Shown: one piece after another, positions 1-12,499 of the stretch | Numbering within the stretch: position 1 is the first letter of the stretch | Layout: each line of letters begins with the position of its first letter | Assembly: GCA_010909165.1 (NCBI GenBank) | Contig: VJWM01000234.1 | Coordinates: 186,001-250,000, forward strand | Direction of reading: 5' to 3' | Source: Anthoceros angustus | Lineage: Eukaryota; Plantae; Anthocerotophyta | Length of the DNA: 64,000 bases | Position numbers and translations under genes: made by a program | Notes under the pieces: generated by a model | The model's database searches: none | Told to the model about the DNA's origin: nothing | Seen by the model: only the letters and a program-made list of their open reading frames with translations

Positions 1-379
1 AAACACGGCGGAAGCAACATGTGAACGCCGACTTCATTTCTACGAATGAAGGGAAGAGTCACCACCGAACGATAAGTTCCCGATGAGGAGTTGGTAGCCG
101 TAAGCATGATCGAAAGACGGCAGGAGGCACCGGAAGGACGGATCGAGAAACGGCGAGCTCGGGACTCCCGGATATCGCGAGCATCGAGAAGGAGGGGACG
201 CCACAGACCAAGGATCACGCAAACCCCGCGACGAAACCCCGCACCGTAAGAAGGTGAGGGGCGGCGTGTCCACGACACTCATCAACGCCGAGGGAGGTAT
301 TTAGAGCATGGGGAGTTGCCGTGGATTTATCAAAGGAAGGAGTTGCCGATTCATACGGCTGTATATTGCATCAGCAAGG

Positions 380-1460
380 GAGTATTGTACAAATTCATGA
401 GGTGATTCAAGATGTTTGAGGGGAATGAGAAAGCCATGGTGATAGAAGCCTTGCACACGAGGAAGCAGGAGGACACTATTCCGCCACAATCACAACAAAG
501 AAGATTCTAACCAGTGGTTTTGGTGGGATACAATGTATAGATGTATGGTTATTCATCGAGTTGTGATGCTTGTCACGAACGGGAGGCCCACGCCGACGAC
601 CCAAAGGCCTCTAACGACATCCTACCACCGCACCTTTTGAAAAAATGGGGAATTGATTTTGTGGGACCTATTCGACCACCACGGACCAGCGACAAGACAT
701 TCTGCTGCGATGACATCGCACAAAGATGGTAGAGGCGTTTATGAGGAAGGATGATGCGCCCACCGCCAAGTTTTTGTTTGAACGGATTATCACAGGTATG
801 ATGCCCACCGGAACTTGTTAGCGATCGAGGGACGATTTCAACAAAGATAATCGAGTCTCGGATCGCTTATTTCAACATTCGACACGTGAAGACTACGCTT
901 ACAACCAAAGCCAACGGACTCACTGAGAAGACAAATGGGTTACTATGCAACATTTTGACAAAGTGACCTTCTCATATGTATGATCGGGATACCAAGCTAC
1001 ATTCGCTATGGGCTTTCAGATCATGGAGAAGGTGACCAAAGAAGACATCAGATTATCTCGACATACCAGATGTCACCCGTAATGCCCGAATTTGAGGTAC
1101 CAACGATAGAATTATGGAAGATGAGCGAATGGAAGATAGTGAACAAGCCAAAGTTGGAAGAATTTGAGGCATGAGGAAACTGACGATGCCTTAGAGGAGA
1201 CACAATGTACAGTGAACAGAGGAAGGAGAGGCACGATGGGAGACTTCCAGACCTCGTAGTAGCGGGAGACTTGGTGCTCCTTTACGATAGTAGGTATTTA
1301 GATTTTCCGGAAGCTACCGAGATGGATGGGGCCTATGGGTTGTAACTATGAAAATGGGTCACAGCTTGGAAAGTTTACTCGGGGAACTACTTCCTACCAG
1401 AGTGAATGGGTGGAAGATCAAGAAGTACTTTACACTCGAGGATGTTTATAGGGCGCAAAC
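380..1460 (+). pseudogene. pol: Ty3/gypsy integrase remnant (HHCC zinc domain, core, C-terminal GPY-like region), frameshifted
   Basis: Across frames: LH..EAGGHYSATITTKKILTSGFWW (~445-525), SCDAC (~560), KKWGIDFVGPI (~640-675), TEKTNGLLCNIL (~920-955), RVNGWKIKKY (~1400-1430). Confidence 0.85.
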
Positions 1461-2299
1461 AAATGGGGAGAGGAGCATGTGGAACGAAGAATTTTGGTCA
1501 CCCAAGACGCGGGAGAGACCGACGCCAAGGATGAATAGGTGTTCAGTGTAGGTAGGTAGGTCGATAGAAACAGTAGGAAGATGGTAGGACGTCCGAGGGA
1601 GTTCGGGACTTAATCAGGCACTGAGGAGGTCTGATCGTAGAAGTATGGGTAGATAGAAGCATATATAGGCATGATAGGTTCCATAAAGTTCCTTGGACCA
1701 TGGGGAGTAGGAATATTCGGGGATAGAAGTTCCTTGGCCTTCAATTATTTAGGTTCCGTGATGGCTATATATGCCAAAAGGGCTAGTTGTTGTAGATGGA
1801 AAATGGCTGAGTTTTGAACCGACACGTGGCGCCATCGTGAGGAGGAGCGCATTAAGGCATTTGCATGTACCGCAAACTCGTTAGCTGTGGTTTTGAACGG
1901 GCGCCTTCAGCGAACCGCAGGCGCCCGAGGGAGTAAGTGGAGTTGCGCCAAGAAGGAAGGCAGTGAGCGCTCACCGATTGCGCCAGCCGGGGAGCGAAGG
2001 CGCGAGGAGGCCGAGGCGGCCATCGAGCGGAGCTAGCGGGCATGAGCGATTGCTGGAAAGGAGTTCTGAGGGGATCCGCAAGGCGAAGGGAGGAGGTGCT
2101 CGAGCGGGAGGCGATTGTGAGAGGCGCGAGGGTGAGCTCAGGCTACGACCAAAAGGCAGCAAGGTGGAGAAGTTGCTGGAGGGAGATTGAAGGGGCCAAG
2201 GCCACCTCTTAGTGGTTGCGTTGAGGCCACTGCCGAGGAGCGGAAGAACTCCCTTGTCCTGCCTCACCCAAACCACCACTTTGCTCTCCACTCTCTTAG

Positions 2300-3300
2300 C
2301 CCGATAGATTACTCCAATCTCCAATTTGCTATCCTTGTGTGTGCTCTGCGTGATGGTAAAGATAGTGAGGACGGGAAGGGGCCCACGGGAGGAAACCTCC
2401 GCCGCCGCCACACCGCCCACAAAGGGAAAAGGTAAGAAACACCCACCCCGAGTTCGAGTGTAGGCCGCCCAAATTTCACCTCGAGATTTGAGGCGCTCGA
2501 GCACGCCACCCGAGATGAAGATGGAATGGCTGTACTTGGTACCGGGTGGCACTTTGCAGCCCCTTGGTTGGAGTGTGCGCGACGAATGCGAGTAACCAAG
2601 GCGGACGGCCAATTCCCGGAGGATGCGACAGTCCGAAGTCATCCTGGGATGTGGAAGGTACGACATTTCCAGGATACGTATTTGATACCGGAAGCCCACA
2701 AGGGAGGGATCATTCCGGCAGTACAGTTCTCCAAGAATCAGATCCCGGAGGAGGTTATGAGTATGTTCCTACGACCGAAGGAGGAAGTTTGGTCGCAAGG
2801 CAATGGCTGGAGGATCTCTCTGTTCAAGGAGCGGAAGTGGAATCTATTCGCCAAGATATGGCTGGGACTAACGTGCGCGGCAAGGAAGACGTACCTGGGA
2901 AATTCCCATTTAATGATGATATATGAGATGTCCCAGGGAAAGATAGTGGATTGGGCCACCATTCTCAGTATGAACAAAGGTTGCGCATCAAACCATTTGG
3001 TGATGGAGGAGCAAGAATCGCTTTGTCTCTACCTTCCTCGTATACACCTATATCGAGGGAGGAGGTTCTTACGAGCGAAGAAGCCAAGATAGAAGCTACT
3101 CCGTGAGGGTAGGAAGGAGAGCCATCACGGCCCTGCAGAGGATGAAGAGCAGAGGCCCCGGGCAAGAGACCGCCACGCCCGCGAACCAACATGAGGCCTC
3201 GTGATCGTGAACCCAACAAGAGAAAGGGAAGAAGGCTAGAAGCACCTCCTACGGAGGAAGGAGGAAAGGATACGAGACCACCGAGGGTTGAGGATTGAAG
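2300..3300 (+). pseudogene. Athila-like env-like / Transposase_32-type extra ORF (open segment 2526-3092)
   Basis: Lies downstream of a gypsy integrase. KWNLFAKIWLGL...MMIYEMSQGKIVDWATIL resembles the plant Transposase_32/Athila env-like pattern (family assignment from recall). Homologous to copies at ~12900, ~17930 and ~57320. Confidence 0.55.
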
Positions 3301-3499
3301 GCCGACAACACCGGTAGGAGTGAACCTCTACCAGGGACCTGTGGAGAGGAGGAGGACCCACGGTAGGAGCTTTACCTCCTACCAAGAAGTAGTAACAAGA
3401 CTTGAGGCGTGACGAGAAGAACGCCGAGGAACGTTGGTGACCCACGCACCAGGAGGAGCAGAGGGAAGTGTTGAGAACGCATCCTGTGAGGGTAGTTGC

Positions 3500-4750
3500 C
3501 GAATAAGGAAGTGGGCGCAGGATCTATGGACGCCCTAGTGGACCGTGTCGGAGGTGGGTTCGCGAACTCGAGACCTACGAAAAGGAGCCGGAGGATGCCG
3601 AGAAGAAATTGAGAGGAGCTCAAAACCACCTCCGAGAAGCAACACTGCTAGATCCGCCAAAGAGCGACAGATGACCACCAAGTTGGTGAATGTGGGAAAT
3701 GATTGACTGTGTCTTAGGACAGAGGCAAAATCAAGAGGGCCGAGGAGTTGGAAACCGCCAGAAGGAGGCGTATGAAAGTTGGAAGCTACCCAGCAAGGGT
3801 AGGACACATCGAACGCAGCAAGGAGGAGATTCAGCCAGCAAGGCCGGACCTTGAAGACGAAGGACCTCCTACGAAGAAGTTAGTTGCCATGGAGCAACGG
3901 AAGGAGCATTACAAGGGAAAATACGACGCTTGGTGAAGGAACAAGGATGGGACAATGTGACCAAGGGTCACAAAGAGGAGCTCAGACACGAGAGAACTTT
4001 TGGAGCAAAGAACGAAGAAGGCCGACGACCTTACCCACGCCTATGAAACGGAGGCAAGGAACCGGAAGGAAGTTTTGATGGCCCAACGATCTTTGGAGGG
4101 TCTTGTCATTCGAGGAGCAGAGCGATCACGCCATAGTGAAACGATGCATGGCGATGGAAGCCATGGAGAAAGATAAGGAGATTGGGAGGCTTGCCCCGGA
4201 GTTGGAGGAGCGGTAGTGGAGAAAGAGGCCGCATTGGTAGGAGTGACAAATCAGGGTGGGACGAAAAGGCCATCCCACTAAGGGTCCGCATCATGGACGA
4301 CAAAAAGAAGGAGAGTGGTAGGGTGGCGACCTACTACAACAACCTCCTGAAGCGATTGAGGAACGCCATGGAGGAAGACGAAGAAGACCTCACCGCTCGA
4401 CGCCAAGTGGAATGGCACCGAGGTCAAACTTTGAGTTGGTACAAGGAAAGCCGGGCCGGACATAGCCGAGCGAGCGAGCAAGAAGCACCACGGCGACGCC
4501 GAGAACCTCCCGAGACGGTGGAGCTATCAAGCGGGAGGAAGAGACCGATGGTAGGATGGTATACCAAAGTTCCTACTGTAGGAACTGCTGAAGAGGAGGA
4601 GGTGACCCAAGGAAGGGTACCTCCGGCCTAACGAAACCAGCCGTGAGGGAAGGTACCCCATAGCAAGATCCAAAGAGGTAGGAGACGAACCGCCTACCAA
4701 GAAGACGAGAACAAGAGGGGAGGAACCCATCGAGGATGAACGAGGGAGGA
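3500..4750 (+). pseudogene. Broken Glu/Arg/Lys-rich coiled-coil-like continuation of the extra ORF
   Basis: Purine-rich charged fragments (3748-3936, 4182-4631) in the same relative position as 18800-19900 and 57980-58900. Confidence 0.4.
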
Positions 4751-4949
4751 ATGGAACCTCCTACCACAAGGAAGACCTACCAGGGCCGACGAGGCTACGC
4801 ATAGTCCTCGAGAAGACTGAGGTGGGCAAGGCTAAGCGACCCATCAAGGGGAAGACATTGAAGCGAGGGCGAACAAAAGCAGAACGAGGATGTCGAGGAC
4901 CTTTTCAGGGACGTTTTGTCCCAAGTGGTGCACACCTTGGGAAGTGTGA

Positions 4950-5460
4950 GTATTTAAGAGTGGGCAGATAGACAGATAGGATATTCGTCAAAGGTGAGTG
5001 GACCGAGCCGAGAGGACGAATCAAGGGGCCGATAAGAGTCCTATTGTTGGACTTGGCAAGTCGCCTAGCATTAAACTAGCACGAGTGGACCGACTCCCCA
5101 CCTATAAAAGGGAGGGTGGAAGAATGAATAAACACCGACCTTGCTTTGTCATGCATTCTTCGCCTCCGGCGCATCCCTTGTGTGTGTGTGAGCTGACCGC
5201 CGCCCGCCAAGCGACGAGAAGGCGGTGGGGTTCGAGGCCCTCGCGTGGGTTCGCCAACGCAGCTCCTCCTCTCGTGAAAGATTGTTGTTGGATGTGCTTT
5301 GTGTTTCTGGGTGGCCTCGCAGGATCCGCCGACTACGCCGCCGTGTTCGTACACGCAATCGCCCGAGAGAAATACCTGCCTAGCACCCCTGTGCAACAGC
5401 GCAAGGGAGGCGCGCAAACCGCGCTAACGCAGTAGAGTTAGATTTGGGGATCGAATGAAG
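4950..5460 (+). repeat. Probable LTR (3' LTR of the first gypsy fragment); limits uncertain
   Basis: Non-coding, contains TATAAAAG at 5103-5110, and follows the extra ORF. No partner copy in the window. Confidence 0.4.
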
Positions 5461-5749
5461 TGAGTCCGTATGTGGTGGTCCGTGAGCTATGTTTTTTGAG
5501 AATGGTGAAGAGGTTGGCTATGGGTGTGTCGCTGTAGAGTGAATTGACTGCCAGAAGTTGGCAGGAGAGTGAGGTGGAGGGAATCCTCGAAGGCGTGGAG
5601 CGCTGCCGATAACCCGTAAACGCATAACACCGCTTTGTTGCCCACACCGAGGACAAGTAGACCGGTAATGACGAGAGTGAGAGAGTGAGAGGAACGACGC
5701 AAACAATCCGAACCAAATCTCTTGGGATCGAACCCACGATTCAACGACT

Positions 5750-8556
5750 GTGGATATGTGGCCACCGAGGCGAGCTCCGGGACCGAGGCAAACCTACCAC
5801 AACAAGCGGCAAAGGAGCCGGTCAGCCGATCAGAAGTCGAATCAAGAATATGTTGCAAATGCATCACCACTCAAGAAAGATGAATGGAGAATGATAGAAG
5901 AATGTGTGGATTACCGAGTTCTAAATGAAATAACACCCATGGAACCAGATCCCATGCCCACCCTCGATGAGATTCTTTGACGCTTATTGGTGAGGCCAAG
6001 TACTTTACCACCGATCGATCCGGGTTCAACTCGATCATGATTGAGGAGAAGGACAAGTGCAAGACAGCTGTTTTGGGCAAAGAGCAGCTATGGAATGGGA
6101 GACCATGCCGCTCGCTAAAGAACGATCCATATATTTTCAACGAAAGGGTCGATTTGGAATCGCAAGGGCTAGCATTTGTCAAATGCTACATCGATGACAT
6201 TCGTGTTTAGCAATGATCTCGAGGAACACATTGAACACTTGGAAGTGTTGTTGCAGCCGCCAACTGGATCAAGGCCCATCCCAAGAAATGTACACCCATA
6301 TGAGATAGATACTTGGGGCATAAGATTGTACAGGGGTGTAAGCCACAAAGTGCAAGTGAGTTTCATGCCTGCATCAAGGATATAGCCGCCCTGAGAGCAT
6401 TCTTGGGGTTGGTGAATTACTACCGCCGGTTTATCAGAAACATGAGCAGTACCTGCAAGCCATTATATGAGTTGCTCAAGAAGGAAACTCATTGGCACTG
6501 GGAGCAGGAGCAGGAGCAAGCGTGGCAGGAGTTGAAAGAGCAGTTGGCAGAAAGGCCAATGCTTAAGAGGCCCAACTTCGACAGGCCCTTCTTCCTGTAC
6601 ACGGATTGGAGTGCAGCAGGCATTGGGGCCGTGCTTGCCCAAGCAGACGAGGAAGGGAAAGAGCGGGTGGTAGCGTACGCGAGCAGGTCAAACAACACTG
6701 CAGAGGCCAACTATTCATCTTATGAAGGAGAGTGTCTTGCTGCTGTGTGGGCGGTCCTGCATTTTCGAGTGTACCTATTTGGCCGAAGTTTCCAATTGGT
6801 CACGGATCATCAGCCATTACACTGGCTGATGACTAACATGAAGCTAAGCGGGAAGCTTGCCAGGTGGGCCCTGTTGCTATCCGAATATGACATGCAAATT
6901 GTGCACCGGGCAGGAAAGGTGCATCTCAATGCCGATGGGCTCAGTAGGAACCCGATGTGTGGGGCAGAAGATATCACTGGGGCGAGACAAGACTTCGGAT
7001 CCATGCTGTATGTGCCCAGCGTGTATTTAGCGTTGATGGCCATAGAAACAGACAATGACCAGCAGCCGTCAGAAGGGGGCCGAGACATATGGAAGCTCGA
7101 GCATGCCATTCAGCTGTTAAGGGATGGGCATGTGGCTGGTATGAACGCAATGGCGCTCCAGAAGCTGCAACGACGAATCGCTCGCTATACATATAAGGAC
7201 GGTAAAGTGTATGTGGTTGATCGAGGGGTGAGCAAGGAGGTGCCACCCGTGGGAGACAGAAGATCGTTAGTGACCAAAGTGCACAAGATGTTGGGGCATT
7301 TTGGTGTCAAGAGAACGCATCACATGTTGAAAAATACATACTTTTGGTCAGGTATGTATGCCGATGTGGAACAGGTGGTGGCGCGATGTGCTGCGTGCGA
7401 TGCAGTGAAGGCGAGGTTTAACAGCCAGGATGTGATACTACATTCGCTGCCCATCAAGGGGTTGTTCTTCCGATGGTCTGTTGACTTGATGCCTGAACTA
7501 CCATTGACCAGACAAGGCAACAAGCATTGCATGTTGATGATAGAGCATTTTTCAAAGTGGGTGGAGTTGGCTTTTCTCCCGATCAGAAGTTCCAAGTACA
7601 CAGCCCGCGCATTTTTGCAATGTGTTCTCAGCAGATATGGAAGTTGTGCAGAGGTGTTGACGGACCAAGGCAATGAGTTTCGCGGGGAGTTCCAAGCGTT
7701 GTTGGATCGGAGCCTGATAGACCATCGTCGCACGTCTCGGGACCATCCTCAAGCTGACGGGCTGGCGGAACGGCTAGTGCAAACTTTCAAGGACGCACTT
7801 CGCAAGTATTGCACGGAGGTTGAAACCACCGGATGAGTTGTTGGGTATGTATTGGGGTATAGGATCGGCAGATGCACCGGGCAACTTCACTGCATTACAT
7901 CATGTTTGGACGAACGCTCATGCCAAATATCGCGGGCGTATGCCTATTCCAAACCAAAGGATTGGGAATCCGGAGTGTTTGTGAAAGTTGCAAAACCGCC
8001 AAACTATTTAAATGGGTAATCCCAATGGCCATGGACAACTTGGCCATTGCTCAACATCGACCAACTCGTATGCCTTACGCGAGGTGGCTCGTGGAAACCC
8101 AAGAGGAAATTTGACGTGGGGACTTTGTGTACTTACAAAGACCGCCCATCGAACATCGGATGTAAGCAATCGGGCGTAATTTTACGGGTGGTGAATGTAG
8201 GTGAGCAGGGTGTTGTCGAATTGGAAGGACAGGACGGACGACGTTGTAAAGAGCATATGCGTCACTTGGCACCATGCCACCTACCAAACTTGGACACGAG
8301 GACTCGGCCACAGGCGTGGAAGCCACCAATTGACTTGCCTTGCGAATTGTGTAGTCACATAACGGACCCGGAGCTCATGATTTTGTGTGACAAATGCAAT
8401 CGGGGATATCATACATTTTGCCTGCGACCTCCTCTCACGGTGATACCGGATGGAGAGTGGTACTGTCACCAATGTGCTCTTTCGCGACTCGACACAGGGG
8501 TTGGGGGGCTGTATGAGCGCCCACCGTGGCGCAGCGCGAAATTAAGGGAATTTTAG
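5750..8556 (+). pseudogene. pol: Ty3/gypsy pol: RT - RNase H - integrase - PHD finger (5'-truncated, a few frameshifts; 6313-7836 open)
   Basis: CVDYRVLN and YIDD (~6187) in RT; FLGLVNYYRRFI; LYTDWS...AYASR...EGECLA...TDHQPL...NADGLSR (RNase H); H..LGH...C..C, WSVDL, LTDQGNEF, DGLAERLVQT (integrase). RT-RH-IN order is gypsy. Confidence 0.95.
8341..8475 (+). other. PHD finger (C4HC3) at the integrase C-terminus
   Basis: CELC-x9-MILCDKC-x4-HTFC-x12-WYCHQC: all eight ligands plus the conserved W, within ORF 8047-8556. Confidence 0.93.
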
Positions 8557-9216
8557 GCAGATTGCCATAAAGCCCGCCATCGCATCATGCAGCACCCAGA
8601 CGCGGGCGTGAGCGTGGGGCGAAGGAACTCGGAGTGGGCGCGTAACAACAGTATACGCAGGCTCCTAGGAGGCAGGGAGAATCGGCCTCATGAGGTAAAC
8701 GTGGATTATGACAAAGTGTGTGAGAGTTGAGAGTTGCAGATGCTAAGAGCAGCAGGCGGTGAGGTTAGGGCTCCAGCCAGAGGCGATGAGGTTGAGCGCG
8801 GTTACAATTCCCCTGACGGACGGGGTTGATTGCTAAGCTCTCACCAGCATGTATGTCACTCTGTAGGGTTGGTCAGCCCGAGATTGATGAGATAGCGAAT
8901 CATGGGTTCCCGCCCATGTTGCGAACGCAAATCATCACCCCAAGGTCACCCACCGATGATTAGTTTGGCGCACAGGTACCTCTCGTGACCTGTGCTGGCG
9001 TTGGTCACCATAGTGCTGAGAATTGAGCAAGGGTGGTGGGAGTGTTTAACACCTGTGGGACTAACTTGGCCCTACCAGGTGACCAGCACAGGCGGTCTGG
9101 TCACACTACCCTAGTGTCGGCAGGCCACTAGCCGACATGGATTTGGAGGCGGACCACACCTGCAAAACATGTTTTCGCAGGATGCCTCACAGTGTGCCAC
9201 AATTTCCTGAACGGCC

Positions 9217-9790
9217 GTGGGAGGACAAGTGGCGCACCCCGTTGGTACGAAGTATCAACCTAGCAAGCCTGAACGACCGGAGACCTTCCTGGAGTTGCAG
9301 GCCTTCTTGCTGTACATGGAGTCGCACCACGAGACATGTGCGGTTGAAAACTTCCCATATGACCATAAGGATCTCTTTGAACTTGCAGGACGGGGCATGA
9401 ACAGACAGAGCTTTGTTTGGACAAGTTATTGTGAAGGTGCTTTTCGTAAGCTGGAGCATCACTTGTTTATGCATCAGGTCTTTGATCACTGGCCCAAGGA
9501 AGGGTTCTTAATGTACGTGCGTAAGGAGAAGCCAGGATGCGCAATTTGAAGGTATGGCTCACCCATTTCCATCGAGAGAAGGCGGACGATATGCCATTGG
9601 CTATCCTGTGGCATTTTACAGTCTGTTTGCGTGCTTACAAACTGGCATCCTAGAGTGGGATGAACCAACGTCTGAATGTTGGTATTTGCTTAACAATAAC
9701 GTGGGGGATTTCTTGCGTGCTCAATGCATTGAGAAGCAATTCTACGCCAACGGGTTGAACGGGCCCCGCCTGTGGTCAAAACGGAGCTGA
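9217..9790 (+). CDS. Hypothetical ~190 aa sense extra ORF downstream of the PHD-gypsy pol, split by one frameshift at ~9545
   Basis: Abutting ORFs 9217-9549 and 9554-9790 join through one indel (..KEKPGCA / QFEGMAHPF..). Globular-protein-like composition. Confidence 0.5.
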
Positions 9791-10036
9791 GGATGAGGAA
9801 GAAGAAATCCGCTCGACATCGTGCTGTGAGAGATGCAAGTTAGGCAAAGCTCAAGTGGATGAATATTTCGACCGAGGAACGGGCAGCGCTTTTGAGCACA
9901 AAGTGGAGCACGATAAACCGCCGAGAGCCTCAAGCTGATAGCATGTTCCGACGTTTCTATCGGCGATTTTACGGTATTTAACATGCCCAAGTGCTGCCAC
10001 ACCTACCGCTGGTGACAGCGACTTCGGCAGGGGGGC

Positions 10037-10775
10037 CATTTTGCGGTTTCACCCTCTCTGTTGCTTGACGTAGGATATTATCATTTCCGTATCACTTAGG
10101 GTATGCGTGAGTGATGTGTGTTAGGATAGAGTGCGGTTTAGACATGGACACATCTAGTGCCATGACCGCGATGCAGCTACGGCGCGACAGCTGTCATGGC
10201 ACATAGGATGTTGACAGATGTGATGATTGTGGATGCGGACGGGTGTGTGTCTGGTCATGAGCAGATGTTCATAGGCATTGATGACATATGCTCATATGCA
10301 TGGGCATGGATGATGGGAACACATAAACCCATCTCCGCTATGAACGGAGCGTGACAACAGCAAGCATGAGTTAAAGCCGTAATCACGGCAAGATCACGAT
10401 CCCCGCCGGATTACGACGACCGCCGCCTGCCAAGCAAGTCACCATGACAATGGCCTACGCCGGCGGAAGGAGGTCAAGGGCGCAATCCGTGAACAAGCGA
10501 TTGCCGGCGTTTGTTCGCGACATAGGACACAGCGCCTGTAGGCGTGGTGTGAGGCCTCGAATGAGAAGGGTCGTGGGAGTGCTTGCAAGAGCGCCCAAAT
10601 AAGCTTGGCCGGCTTGTACGTTTGAGAATGTGCCCGAAGGACGCCAACGAGTTTTGCCATTTCTTTCACCCTCCAAGGTTTGGACGAGGATATTATCATT
10701 TCCGTATCACTTAGGTATGCGTGAGTGATGTGTGTTAGGATAGAGTGCGGTTTAGACATGGACCCATTTAGTGCC
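10037..10775. repeat. Two direct copies of a ~125 bp segment (10037-10161 and ~10657-10775)
   Basis: Near-identical core ggatattatcatttccgtatcacttagg...gcggtttagacatggac at 10073-10149 and 10688-10763. Confidence 0.9.
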
Positions 10776-12450
10776 ACCGCTGGCGTACCACGGGCGCATA
10801 CATGGCCCTCCGCCAAGGATGGATGGAGGGAGAGGGTCAAGAGAGCAGCGTCGATGGTCCCGCGAAGCGCGCAGGAACGAGTTTCCCATGGCTAGCGGGT
10901 CAAGCTACGCCGATGGCGGCAGAGGAGGAGCACGCAGGAGCAAGGCTGCAAGAGGGCGGTTTGAGGCGCCTTGGCGGCTCAAGAGAGTCCGCCGACTCGC
11001 TGGAGGGCCTAGCGACGAGATCACTTCAAGAAGCCGCCAAAGACGCCGCCAAAGCACGCCTAACTACCGGAGCACTCGAGGAGGAGCACGTGTGCTCCGG
11101 CTCATTCAACAAGTCGATTCAAAATTTCACTACCATGCGGAGCTCAAGGCCCCTGGAGGTCCCGAGTCACCCCACAATCGGCTGGAGCCTGGACGGGCCG
11201 AGGGAGGAGGGAGAGATGAAGGCCCTGAGATAAGGCACCACCGAGACCTGGGAGCGCCTGCTCAGCCTAAGGCCGCAGCTGGGAAGGAAGCACCAGGAGT
11301 GGTGGACACGGGCTGACCCCACTGGCTCGAGGTAATTCCCGCACTCCCACTCACGAAAGGAAGGGAGGAGGGCCCCGAGGGGGCTATAGAGGGGAAGTCC
11401 CGAGGACTTGAGACAGCTGGGTCCGGTGGGGGAGGACGACACGGAAGTCCACGGGCGAGAAGTCCAGAACTCCGAGGAACCGACTCGAGGTCCCGGACTA
11501 AGAATGAGCCACCGAGGTCCTGACCGGAATAAGGACACCCTAAGGTCCGACCCCGTAGCCTAGACCTGACCCCGGGTCCGGACCTGGCAAGGCACGGACC
11601 TTGAGGTCCGGACTCATAGAGTCGGGACCGACCCCGAGGTCCCGGACTTAGGAGGAGAGGGGAATCACCACCGACCGCCTGTGCGGAGCAACCTCTTGGG
11701 GACCCGCAGAGTAGGGACCCACCAACAGAGAGGAAGGCGGAGGACTTGGTGATGATCGCCAGTCGCCGCCACGGCTCAACCCCGATGTGAGTCTCGAAGG
11801 TGAAGGGCCCGCGGATCATTCGATTGCGCGCCGCAATTGTCGTGGCTAGGATTGGGCCACCATCACCGGGCGAATCACGGGCACTCCCAAAATTTCATCG
11901 CCACGAGATAGGCTAATGGAGGGAAATGCAGTAGGGCTGTTAGGCACCGTCGGGCCACCAGCCTCGTAGTAGGGGTGTAATAAAGACGCCTGCCCTCATG
12001 AGTATATAAGAGGGCGTAGAGGCCTAGCTAGTAAAGCATCTTTTCTGGGGTGGATACGCCTCTTTGTAGACCTCGTGCATCCCGCTAACGTGAGTCTTGA
12101 GTCACCGAGTGCACGATAGCCCCAAGCAAGATTGATCAAGGTCCCGTGACGGACCAACGTGGTGGTGGTGCAGGGCGAACGATGAGACCCTGTTTCCAGA
12201 GCCGGGCCGACGTGGACGGACCGAACGCATGAGCCGGTGGAACCTCGTGGAGGGCGGTAGAGCCCGAATCGGAGGCTCGCGGAACGATTTATCGAGGTCC
12301 AGACTGATGCAACCCACCCACTCTTCCCAAAAGAACGAAGGAGCGAGGAGAGTGTGAGGAGAACGGACTAGACGAACGAGGGGCGGATCAGTATACGGAC
12401 GCTAACAAGTCTTAAACGCTTGGCCACGCCCACCGGAGGACGTTAAGAGT
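10771..12450 (+). mobile_element. 3' fragment of another gypsy-like element: charged ORF piece, gaggtcc(c)ggac repeats, LTR-like end
   Basis: ORF 10802-11233; repeated gaggtccggac-type motif 11480-11650; TATATAAG at 12003-12010. Confidence 0.4.
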
Positions 12451-12499
12451 AGTTAGTAGTAAAACGCGAAAGGCCACGCTTGAGTCCGAAACGGTCATG

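Noticed and set aside
1827-1833. tggcgcc as a tRNA PBS
   Set aside because: No LTR end ahead of it, and the following bases do not continue the tRNA-Asp complement.
6489-7752. Minus-strand ORFs opposite the gypsy pol (and similar ones opposite copia pols)
   Set aside because: Shadow frames of a genuine coding strand.
11480-11650. Repeated gaggtccggac motifs with variable spacers as a CRISPR-like array
   Set aside because: Units are short and irregular, there are no cas genes, and the context is eukaryotic retrotransposon 3' UTR.
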